Positions 1-12,300 of a stretch of 26,899 nt of DNA are shown in pieces. The DNA is from Tubiluchus corallicola (lineage: Eukaryota; Animalia; Priapulida): contig JAQGDQ010001749.1 of NCBI GenBank assembly GCA_030141605.1, positions 1-26,899 of the forward strand. The letters are read 5' to 3'. The position numbers and the translations under genes were made by a program. The notes beneath the pieces are model-generated. The model saw nothing but the letters and a program-made list of their open reading frames with translations. It was not told where the DNA came from and ran no database searches. Every line of letters begins with the position of its first letter. Within the stretch, counting starts at the first letter, position 1.

Positions 1-146
1 TGATTCTTGATGAAATGGGTCATGCATGCTACAACTAATCTTAATCAGACGACCAAATGAAACACACAATTGCCCTAACGAGCAACAGTAGCAATAGAAA
101 CCATTTCAGTTGTTTCACACTTGTTCAAAGTTTACATATGACTTAC

Positions 147-397
147 CCACAGATCGTGTGACGGCGAGTTCATCTCTAATTTTAATTGAGATGCAATCTT
201 CGTTATCTTCATTCTCCTCCACTGAGGACGTTGTTGCATTCTCCACGAGCTGTTCGTACAAGTCTTTCAAGTCTTTACGAGATCTCAGACTAAATGCCTT
301 AAAGAGCTCCACGAAACCACTAAAATCCAATGCAGTTTGCTGACCTGTATCACTCTGCGCTGTTCCTTCTGAAGCTGATCGCCTTGCTAGAGGTTTC
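147..397 (-). CDS. PLCE1: Exon 18: EF-hand region
   Basis: ttaccag|GAAACC ... GTGG|gtaagt; [28 protein letters not shown]. Confidence 0.93.
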
Positions 398-3300
398 CTG
401 GTAAAACAAGGTCGGAAAATAAAAGCAAATAAGTTACGATAGATCACTGCGCTTCTGCTCATTTGTATTTGTGGAAATTGTAACTGTATATTTTTAGGTG
501 CTGCCATCTATTAACTAATCCTTTTACATTTTACTAGCTAACCTCACCCCTAGTATAATTGTTCGGTCCAGTGAATATGCATACTCACTGGATCTCTCCC
601 TATTTTACAGTAATTGTTTTGTGAAGCCAAGTTTGCATAGGTTACCTATACCTATATATACTGACAGGATTTACTTTCACGTTACTCTCTGTCTCGATCC
701 ACACCTCAGTAGGAAACTTTGCTAAACATCATCCACGTATTAAACAATAAACAGAACTTGCCCAAACAAAGAATTATGAAGGACTGCTTCTCTACTGGAC
801 ATCAATGGCAAAAAAATTAGATGTTGTTTCAAAAACGGTCTTTTCAGAAACTAACCTGTCCTGAAAATTGAAGGTAAGTGTTACAGGTTTTTGTCCCGGA
901 CACTTCATAGGCAGATCCTCGGTGCCGTTTTGGGGCGAATGTGAAAGAGATACTTCTGAAAGCCTCTTGAACTGACCGGTAGGACTGTCCTCCCTCTGTT
1001 TTCCCCGTTTTAGTTTCAAGCTTCCGCTAAGTAACTTTGGAGTGTCTCCAAATTTCCCGTCCTAAAAACAAGACAAGATGGAAAACATTAACAAAAAATG
1101 ATTTGTTAATCAGTCGGTTTAATTAGTTGCCTTAATTAATATTAAAATTTAAAGCTGTTATCAAATCAGTGAATGCATTTCGATCCCATCTTGTGGAATG
1201 TAATCAGTTTCTCAGTTGAAGGTCAAACACCCTAGTATAAAGAAGAAGGGTTACAGACATAACAGTAAATCCTCACTTAACAACTCCCTGGTTAGCGATG
1301 TTTCATTTTAACGACAGCAAATCCTCGCTTGACAACTCCCCGGTTAGGGATGTTTCGTTTTAATGACTGACTCCCCGCTTAGCGACGTTTCATTTTAACG
1401 AGAGCAAATCCTCGCTTAACGACTCCCCGGTTATGGATGTTTCGTTTTAATGACTGCCTCCCCGCTTAGCAACGTTTCATTTTAACGACAGCAAATCCTC
1501 GCTTAACGACTCCCTGGTTAGGGATGTTTCGTTTTAATGACTGACTTCTCACTTAACGACTCCCCGAGGATTTACTGTATTAGTAAATACTGCGATTAAA
1601 TGTGTGTTCTTAAATGCAGCTGACTAGCATTAAAATCAGTTCCACAAAATTGTTTACACAAAGTATCAACCTTTAAAGAGCCTCGGCTTAATTTCTTTGT
1701 CAATGTTGGTTTGCTGACACTGCCCACCGTAAAACTTGAGCCTCGTCTAAACCCAAGTGCTGGACCACTTTCAGTTACGCTTGCCGATACAACAAGAGAT
1801 CCAAGAGTCCACTTGCGACCACCAAACATCTGTAAACAATTAAATGTGAAAAACACGCATAATTACAAAAAACATGAAGATTAGTTTAAAATTGTGCTGT
1901 TGTAGGCCATTTTTGTTAGTAAATATTATAAAGTATAGCAAAAAATGGCTGTTAGTTTTGTTTATGAATGTGTTTACTTCAACTGGAAGGCTTACGATTC
2001 TACGTTAGGTTTGGTGTTGTTCAAAAAATCTTTAAATGCAAGTTAAGGAGAAATTAAAGACAAGTTTGTTTGCATTTATTTTGCAAAACACAACTTGACT
2101 TTGATGATTATACCCTTAAATAAATCATAGTATCCATTTTTGTGGAGAAGTTGCGACTTCAAAATTGTAGAAATGTTGTCAAGAAGTCACCATTTAAATT
2201 TTAAAACGGAAAATATCAAGTACATCTACAAAATACAGGTACAAAATTTTAAAATGGAAAATATCAAGTACAGCTACAAAATACAGGTACAAAATTTTAA
2301 AATGGAACGTATCAGGTAGATCTACAAAATACAGGTGGACAAAATTAAAAAACGGAACATATCAAGTACATCTACAAAATACAGGTACAAAATTTTAAAA
2401 TGGAACGTATCAGGTACATCTACAAAATACAGGTGGACAAAATTAAAAAACGGAACATATCAGGTACATCTACAAAATACAGGTGGACAACATCTACAAA
2501 ATACAGGTGGACAAAATTATAAAATGGAACGTATCAGGTACATCTACAAAATACAGGTGGAAAAAATTATAAAATGGAACGTATCAGGTACATCTACAAA
2601 ATACAGGTGGGCAAAATTATAAAACGGAACATATCAGGTGCATCTACAAAATACAGGTGGAAAAAATTATAAAACGGAACATATCAAGTACATCTACAAA
2701 ATACAGGTGGAAAAAATTATAAAACGGAACATATCAAGTACATCTACAAAATACAGGTACAAAATTTTAAAATGGAACATATCAGGTACATCTACAAAAT
2801 ACAGGTGGACAAAATTATAAAATGGAATGTATCAGGTGCATCTACAAAATACAGGTGGACAAAATTATAAAATGGAATGTATCAGGTACATCTACAAAAT
2901 ACAGGTGGACAAAATTATAAAACGGAACATATCAGGTACATCTACAAAATACAGGTGGACAAAATTATAAAACGGAACATATCAGGTACATCTACAAAAT
3001 ACAGGTGAACAAAATTATAAAACGGAACATATCAGGTACATCTACAAAATACAGGTGGACAAAATTATAAAACGGAACATATCAGGTACATCTACAAAAT
3101 ACAGGTGGACAAAATTATAAAACGGAACGTATCAGGTACATCTACAAAATACAGGTGGACAAAATTATAAAACGGAACGTATCAGGTGCATCTACAAAAT
3201 ACAGGTGGACAAAATTATAAAACGGAACGTATCAGGTGCATCTACAAAATACAGGTGGACAAAATTATAAAACGGAACGTATCAGGTGCATCTACAAAAT

Positions 3301-6300
3301 ACAGGTGGACAAAATTATAAAATGGAATGTATCAGGTGCATCTACAAAATACAGGTGGACAAAATTATAAAATGGAATGTATCAGGTACATCTACAAAAT
3401 ACAGGTGGACAAAATTATAAAACGGAACATATCAGGTACATCTACAAAATACAGGTGGACAAAATTATAAAACGGAACATATCAGGTACATCTACAAAAT
3501 ACAGGTGAACAAAATTATAAAACGGAACATATCAGGTACATCTACAAAATACAGGTGGACAAAATTATAAAACGGAACATATCAGGTACATCTACAAAAT
3601 ACAGGTGGACAAAATTATAAAACGGAACATATCAGGTACATCTACAAAATACAGGTGGACAAAATTATAAAACGAACATACAGGTACATCTACAAAATAC
3701 AGGTGGACAAAATTATAAAACGGAACATATCAGGTACATTACAAAATACAGGTGGACAAAATTATAAAACGGAACATATCAGGTACATCTACAAAATACA
3801 GGTGGACAAAATTATAAAACGGAACATATCAGGTACATCTACAAAATACAGGTGGACAAAATTATAAAACGGAACATATCAGGTACATCTACAAAATACA
3901 GGTGGACAAAATTATAAAACGGAACATATCAGGTACATCTACAAAATACAGGTGGAAAAAATTAAAAAATGGAACGTATCAGGTACATCTACAAAATACA
4001 GGTGGACAAAATTATAAAACGGAACATATCAGGTACATCTACAAAATACAGGTGGACAAAATTATAAAACGGAACATATCAGGTACATCTACAAAATACA
4101 GGTGGACAAAATTATAAAACGGAACATATCAGGTACATGTACAAAATACAGGTGGACAAAATTATAAAACGGAACATATCAGGTACATCTACAAAATACA
4201 GGTGAACAAAATTATAAAACGGAACATATCAGGTACATCTACAAAATACAGGTGGACAAAATTATAAAACGGAACATATCAGGTACATGTACAAAATACA
4301 AGGGGACAAAATACAATATAAAATACCAAGTAAAGCTGTAATACCAAGATTTGTACTAATCACATAATACTAAGTATTGAAACTCTATTAAGAAAAGTTA
4401 TAACAGACCTTGATGGCATCAGCTGGAGTTGGGCCCTGGCAAAGTTCACCATCATAAAACATTGACAAATACTGATCTTTTAGCCACTGAATTCTCTGGT
4501 CAGTGAGTTTGCTTTGACCATAGAGGGCATTTACCACACTGCTTAGACCATCGTACCACAAACATGCACCTATAGAAAAAAAGCAATAATGTGACTAAAA
4601 AGGTGCCAACAGCTAATCACTTTATAAGCTACTTAAGGTGTATAATGTAACACCTATTACATATAATATTTATATAATTTCATAAAATAAACCCGTTTCA
4701 ACTCAGTGGTCTCTCTGAGAAAAGATGATATACTCACGTCCAAACTGTAGTTAAGAAACCTCTGCCAATCCAGTGGCACAGAGGCATAGCCTTGCAAATG
4801 AACTAGGTTGCTGTCTTGCCATAAGCATAAAGATAAGCATAGGTAACACAACTGAAGGATTTCACTTTGTAGTTTGTTAAATTGTACAAAAACATCATTT
4901 TATTCTTATTCTGATTCAACAAACTTAAAAACTTTTTAAAGAGCGGGTCTAAACTTGGACAGAAGAAAACAGGACAGAACCTGAACGGGAAAAACTGGAC
5001 ATCGATCCACAAGGAAGGAAGCGGAGTATCCGCCTACATTTGCTTACCGTGACTAGGAAGAATAAAACGCAAAGATCGGTTATCGGATAGATTTGTTCCA
5101 TAAACCAATGTCAGACATTTCATTTCCATGGTAACCTCATCAAAACCATGCCGTCTGGAAACTGCAGCTGCATCAACACTGACATCTTCACACAGAACAT
5201 CTTTGACATAGGTTAGTTCAACATAGCCATCTTCTAAACCATTCAAGCAAATTTCCCCACCTGTAATTTGAAAATTATTAATGAAGAAACAGAAAATTCA
5301 AGTTCGCCAATGTGTTAACAATCTCATTTTTTTTAGATTAGATTAGATATAGTTTATTCTTCAAGAACATAACTCCCACGTAGATTTCATAGAATATAAA
5401 TTTTTAGGCATTATATAACATAAAAATTATAATAAACTTACAAGGCTTTTAGACATTTTTAAAAAGCTACTGCCACAAGACATAATAAAACATGGAAAAG
5501 TACTACAGATGATAAAAATGGTTTTGCTAACAGAGTGTATGTTTTTGCCATATAGAAATTTTATTGGATCTGATTTATTCTATTATATAAGGTGCATGCT
5601 GCCACGATAAATATTTTCCTGTATCGTACGGTACGCATTTTTGGAAGCAGAAAATGTGTGAAACTTCTGCTGAATGGCTGTTCATTAGGTGTGCAATTAT
5701 GCACTTCATTTACTTAGCTAAATTTTGAAAAGGCAAAACTGGAAGCTGTAGCACTAAAACATAATTACAATGAACTACAAACAAACTACAATGAATGAGC
5801 AATCTAAAATATAATTACAACGAACTACAAACAAGCTACAATGAATGAGCAATCTAAAACAAGATTACAATGAACTACAAACAAACTACAATGAAAGAGC
5901 AATCTAAATCATGATTACAATGAACTACAAACAAACTACAATGAATGAGCAATCTAAATCATGATTACAATGAACTACAAACAAACTACAATGAATGAGC
6001 AATCTAAAACATGATTATAATGAACTACAAACAAACTACAATGAAAGAGCAATCTAAAACATGATTACAATGAACTACAAACAAACTACAATGAAAGAGC
6101 AATCTAAAACATGATTACAATGAACTACAAACAAACTACAATGAAAGAGCAATCTAAAACATGATTACAATGAACTACAAACAAACTACAATGAAAGAGC
6201 AATCTAAAACACAACTACAATGAACTACAAACAAGCTACAATGAATGAGCAATCTAAAACACAACTACAATGAACTACAAACAAGCTACAATGAATGAGC

Positions 6301-9300
6301 AATCTAAAACACAACTACAATGAACTACAAACAAACTACAATGAATGAGCAATCTAAAACACAACTACAATGAACTACAAACAAACTACAATGAAAGAGC
6401 AATCTAAAACATGATTACAATGAACTACAAACAAACTACAATGAATGAGCAATCTAAAACACAACTACAATGAACTACAAACAAACTACAATGAATGAGC
6501 AATCTAAAACACAACTACAATGAACTACAAACAAGCTACAATGAATGAGCGATCTAAAACACAAATACAATGAACTACAAACAAACTACAATGAGTGAGC
6601 AATTATAGCATACCTGACTGATACTTTGCTATAAAACCGGGAGAAAGAGGGACGCTGGCATCACCAGTGAGTACATAATCAACAGCACTGCTGCCACGTA
6701 GTGCACTCCACGTAGTTTTACACCATGTCAATGTAGCATTACCTATATGATTAAAACAGCAAATACATACGGTGATACCTTGAGATATGAAATTAATTCG
6801 CTCCGGGGGGGGGGGGGGCTTTCGTATCTTAGAATTTTCGTATTATGAGACAAGATTTTAGCCTATAAACCTATAAATGACGTAATTCGGTCCAGCCGCC
6901 CCCCCCCCCAAAACAGTCGTATAAAGTGTAAATATTGTACCCACGCAAAAGAAATATGTTCATTAATGACAACATAATAATTTACATAAATGTTAAAAAA
7001 CAATGAGAAAATAATAATGAATGTTGTTACGAATAATGACACTTTTCCTTTCAAGTCGGGCAGATGTGCCAAAGGGTGGTGTCAGGTGAGCTTTCACGTG
7101 CTTTGCACAATAACGTGTTCACGTGATGCTACGAAATGCATTCTGGGAGGACCGCTGTCGGGCGGCACTTTCGATTTTCGTTTTCGTATCTTGAATATTT
7201 TTTTGTTAAATGGGACGGGAATTTCTTGTAAGCCCGATTCGTATTCTGAATTTTTCATATAATAGGGTTTTTGTAAGTCGTGGTTCCATTCTATATATTG
7301 TTATGATATGTTTGAGTAGTAGTTTTCGCGTTGACAGAAACAACACAACAAATTTACGTTGTTAAATTACATACAATGCAAAATTTTATGAACTTCAAAT
7401 AATTTGGATTAGTTTTTTTTTCTTTTTTCTTTTTTTAGCTTTTTCTAGGTTATCAGTTAATCAAGAATACATTAGGAATAAGCACTAATATAACATGAGT
7501 TCAATAAAGAACCAAAAATTTAAGACACTGAGAACGTAAGTTCATACCTCTTTCCAATTTAAGATAGCACATGGCTGATTTGTCCTCATCCCAATGTATG
7601 GCTGATATGCCATGATGTAAACACTATAAAAGAGGTACAATGCCATAATAATCAATGTTACTTTTGCACGCTGATCAGTATTTCACATTAGCATAAGAGT
7701 TAATCATTTTGGCATAAAACATTGGCAGCCAGAAGAGTTAGAATTGTATTACCAGCTGTGTAATTCATTTTCTTCTGTTAATTTAGACTTCTAGAAAATT
7801 CAGCAACATTAAAATCTCTTAGAAAAATGATTTCACCTGCAAATTGTGAAGATTTAACTTTGACGGTTTTGATGGAATGAACGAGATGCCGTGAGTGGGT
7901 GTGGGATCACGAATCGGTTGATAATCGATCGTCGATAAATCATAATCACTTTCATCACTATCTGAATCGTCACTGGAGCTAAAGCACAAAAACTTGCATT
8001 TCTATAACCCATAAAAAATGCTCACAGCACATTCTGCTCACAAAAATAAAACCTCAACAAAACATAAAATGTATGTTCTCACAATAATGCAAAAATCGTA
8101 AAATTGGCCAGTTCTAACCTGAGAATGCTGTAAAAATGTTAGCCACGACTGTCTTTAGCTACGTTAATTTAGAACATTCTATTTTAGGATGTTCTTAGAG
8201 TCCAATAGCTTTTGCTAGTCTGCATATTGACAAACAAAATTAAATGCTAATATATTAAATACATTAAAGGAAGACCGGACGATTGTTTAAACTCAATCTC
8301 ATTTTAATTTACTGTCCAAAATATACATTCTCTTGCCTATAAAAGTTAACAATTGTTCTTTATATTTGAATAATTAGCTTAGAAGGTTAACTAACGGCAA
8401 CCAAACACGGCTATTGCTTACGTCAGAAACTAACCACAGTTTGTGCAGTGGCAGGCATCTTCCCTTGCGCGTCTAGCACATTTGCATAAGAGTTACAGTA
8501 CTGCTTAAACGCATGATGTCACGAAAAATGGGCTTTACATCATGTGACGTCAGAAACTAACACTGCAGTTCATGATCATGTTTACCACGGTACCGCATTC
8601 TATTTGTCGGCCACGTGAATGTGACAAAAAGGCGCCGTTACCGATCTTAGTAGATTCACTGAGCCGTGCGTAACTTTGAAAGTTTAACGAAATTTGAGTA
8701 TCCGAGGTAATTATTATTTAATCTAAGCTTTGATTTTAAAAAGCTATTGTAGTTTTCAATATTTTAGAGCATTCTTTATTCTGAACTAATGTTTACATAA
8801 TCATCCGGTTTTCCTTAAAATATAACTCGAAATTCTATCAGGCCCGCCAAAGAAAGTTAGCACTTTTTCACATTTCCATTTATAAGATTTTACTCTTTTA
8901 GTTTACTGTAAAAATCGGTTGAAATAATTTTCCAAAAAACATCCACATGTCTTGGGAGACTACTTGAATTAGTTATAATGTTAAATAGCTCAAGCTCTGT
9001 TTGTTTTTGCAGTAAATATTATTAAAATTGGAAACATCAGAGCAACACTTCATGTAAAAAGTTAGAGTAAAAAATCTTACAATTTAGCAATTTCACGGAG
9101 ACACTGGTTTTTTTCCAACGCGTCTTTTCGTTGCTTGGAATGTTTATGAAACACATCAATGTCATTCATTATAATATGCGCTTGTTCCATTTTCTGTACA
9201 TTAATCAATCCACCCACCCCTATACGTGTCATGAAGTGGTCCTGGCCGTGATAATCAGACACAAACTGAAATTACAATGCATATTAACTGCTTTTACATC

Positions 9301-12300
9301 ATTTTTTACTAAACAAACATTGAAACTACACACGTGCACGCACACACACGCGCGCACACACACACACGTACGCACGCACACACACACACACAGAATAAAT
9401 TTCAGCAGCGAATGTGAGTAGATGCCACAAAGAATTTATGAAACTGAATTACAAAACACAAGCTTAATATTGAAGATTTTCTTTGAACACACTCCTATTA
9501 TACCAACTCATTACGACAAATCACTAATGAAATGAGGCATCAGTACCAAATACGTATATAAGATGAAAACAACAAGTTGTTATTTTGCCAGCCTTTCTGA
9601 CTTAGTGGTAATTCATGTTTTAGTGTGGAGGGCAGGTAAACACATCAACGTAAGCAGGTAAACAATAAACACATCAGGAAAAGGTATAGTCTACAGAACT
9701 CCTTGAAATGTGAACAAAAGACTTTCCCATATTCTCCTTGAAATGTGAACAAAAGACTTTCCCATATTCTCCTTGAAATGTGAAGAAAAAACTTTCCTAT
9801 ATTTTCCAATGCTTATATTGTGACACAACAAATTACTCTAATACTGCAAACCACAACTGCTAAAAATCATTAAATTAATTGTTAATTTACATTTAATTTA
9901 TTTTATTCTACAACTTTTTACTATTTTTGAACCAAAATAAAGTAAAACTTGTTACCTCTACAGTTTTGCCATCGTCGTGCGGCAGAACAACTAGACTGGG
10001 CAAGTTGGAAAAGATGAGGCTCAGATCTCGGAGAAAGCTGCCAAAAAACGGAACCACCTGGAAACAAACGTGAACATTGAAAAAATAGCAACAAGCAAAC
10101 GTGTAAACATGATAATTAAAGTGATGAATTAATGCGTTAATTAAACTGTTGAAGTAATGAGTTAACTAAAGTGTTGCTTTTACAGCTTGTTTGTAATCTG
10201 CTGTGCTGTACAGAAAAATGAACCTGCACGAAGAAACACAGCCATTTTGTTTATGACTCGGTATTAAAACCCGAAAATTGTAAATAATTAAAAGCAGGAG
10301 GGTAACAAAGCTGCAGACGCATTCCTTGTTTCTGAGCAAATATTATAAAAAATTCACGCACAAAAATTTTGAGCAGCTCTGCTACAAACTCCATTTTTTA
10401 TCCCGCAAGCTGCACGTGTGAGTGGATGGAAAATCTTTAAAACTAATTGATCTTCCAGTTAAGATAACAATTTACGTGGATTGGTATGTTTGTAGATACG
10501 TCACACCTTCAATTGTTTCCCAGCTGCAAATTTATGTCAGCCAAACTTACCAAACAGAATTGCTTGATGATCTTAAAAGCAAACGTCAAAGACAAGATCA
10601 TTTGGTGCCTCATAGACAACATAAAAACGATCTTTTTTCTTATCAGTGCAGCGTATCAGATTTGCCATTTTTAGTCTCAGTGTCATTATAAAATAATTTC
10701 TTACCAGTACAGCATATCAGATTTGCCATTTTTGGTCTCAGTGTCATTATAAAATAATGTAAAACATTCGAGCAGACGCATTGCATCTAAGATTCCTCCC
10801 ACCTTCATTCAAGCATCAAAGTCAAGGCCAAATGTAACCCTTTCCCCAGTAGTATTAAGATGGTTGGAATTTCAGAGGCTTGATGTTTTAGTAATCCTAA
10901 CACACAATGCAAAGCATTCAGATGGAAACACAGTTGTGCATACGGAAGTTTTCACCAATACTACATTTGAGCAGAAGATTATGAACACATTGTGCTGAAA
11001 TCATACAACAAGTTTCAGCATGCGGCAAGTACAATAACAATACAGATCATCTTCATTTTAGGTGCTTCCATTATGCAACGCAGCATCAGCACCACACGTA
11101 ATTTGATGACATGTTCCCCGATCTGCTGCCACATGACAAATATTCATGTCATTTAAGTCAAGTGGAGCATTTAATGAATCTTTCTTCAGAACATCTAAAT
11201 ATGTGATCAGTTGTCCTCCTCTTGGTTTCTTCCCAGGTATTAGTGCTTGATGTAATGTTGCAGTAAGAGGAGAATCCTGCGGTAATCTGATGACATGTCC
11301 AACCCAGCTGTCCTCCTCTTGGTTTACTCCCAGATATTAGTGCTTGATGTAACGCTGTAGAAGGTCCAGAATCCTGGGGTAATCTGATGACGTGTTCAAT
11401 CCAGCTGTCCTCCTCTTGGTTTCCTCCCAGGTGTTAGTGCTTGGTGTAATGTTGCAGTAAGTGGAGAATCCTGTGGTAATCTGATGACATGTCCACTCCA
11501 GATGTCCTCCTCTTGGTTTCCTCCCAGGTGTTAGTGCTTGGTGTAATGTTGCAGTAAGTGGAGAATCTTGTGGTAGTCTGATGACATGTCCACTCCAGAT
11601 GTCCTCCTCTTGGTTTCTTCCCAGGTATTAGTGCTTGATGTAATGCTGTAGTAAGGTGGAGAATCCTGTGGTAGTCTGGTGACATGTCCAATCCAGCTGT
11701 CCTCCTCTTGGTTTCCTCCCAGATATTAGTGCTTGATGTAATGCTGTAGAAAGTGGAGAATCCTGTGGTAATCTGATGACGGGTCCAATCCAGCTGTCCT
11801 CCTCTTGGTTTCCTCCCAGATATTAGTGCTTGATGTAATGCTGTAGTAAGTGGAGAATCATGTGGTAATCTGATGACATGTCCAATCCAGCTGTCCTCCT
11901 CTTGGTTTCCTCCCAGATATTAGTGCTTGATGTAATGCTGTAGAAAGTGGAGAATCTTATGGTAATCTGATGACATGTCCAATCCAGCTGTCCTCCTCTT
12001 GGTTTCCTCCCAGGTATTAGTGCTTGATGTAATGCTGTAGAAAGTGGAGAATCTTATGGTAATCTGATGACATGTCCAATCCAGCTGTCCTCCTCTTGGT
12101 TTCCTCCCAGGTATTAGTGCTTGATGTAATGCTGTAGTAAGTGGAGAATCCTGTGGTAATCTGATGACATGTCCAATCCAGCTGTCCTCCTCTTGGTTTC
12201 CTCCCAGATATTAGTGCTTGATGTAATGCTGTAGAAAGTGGAGAATCTTATGGTAATCTGATGACATGTCCAATCCAGCTGTCCTCCTCTTGGTTTCCTC

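Noticed and set aside
2335-4117. Plus-strand ORFs with repeated [16 protein letters not shown]
   Set aside because: Translations of a 50-bp minisatellite that shifts frame every unit.
2195-4310. CRISPR-like appearance of the long regular arrays (also 5755-6602, 11208-13053, 22518-23657)
   Set aside because: Units are contiguous with no unique spacers, there are no cas genes, and the context is a spliceosomal gene.
6790-7270. GC-richer intronic block with G and C homopolymer runs; ORFs 6863-7072 and 6990-7262
   Set aside because: Probably a repeat fragment, but I could not define TIRs or a TSD. The ORFs show no recognisable motif.
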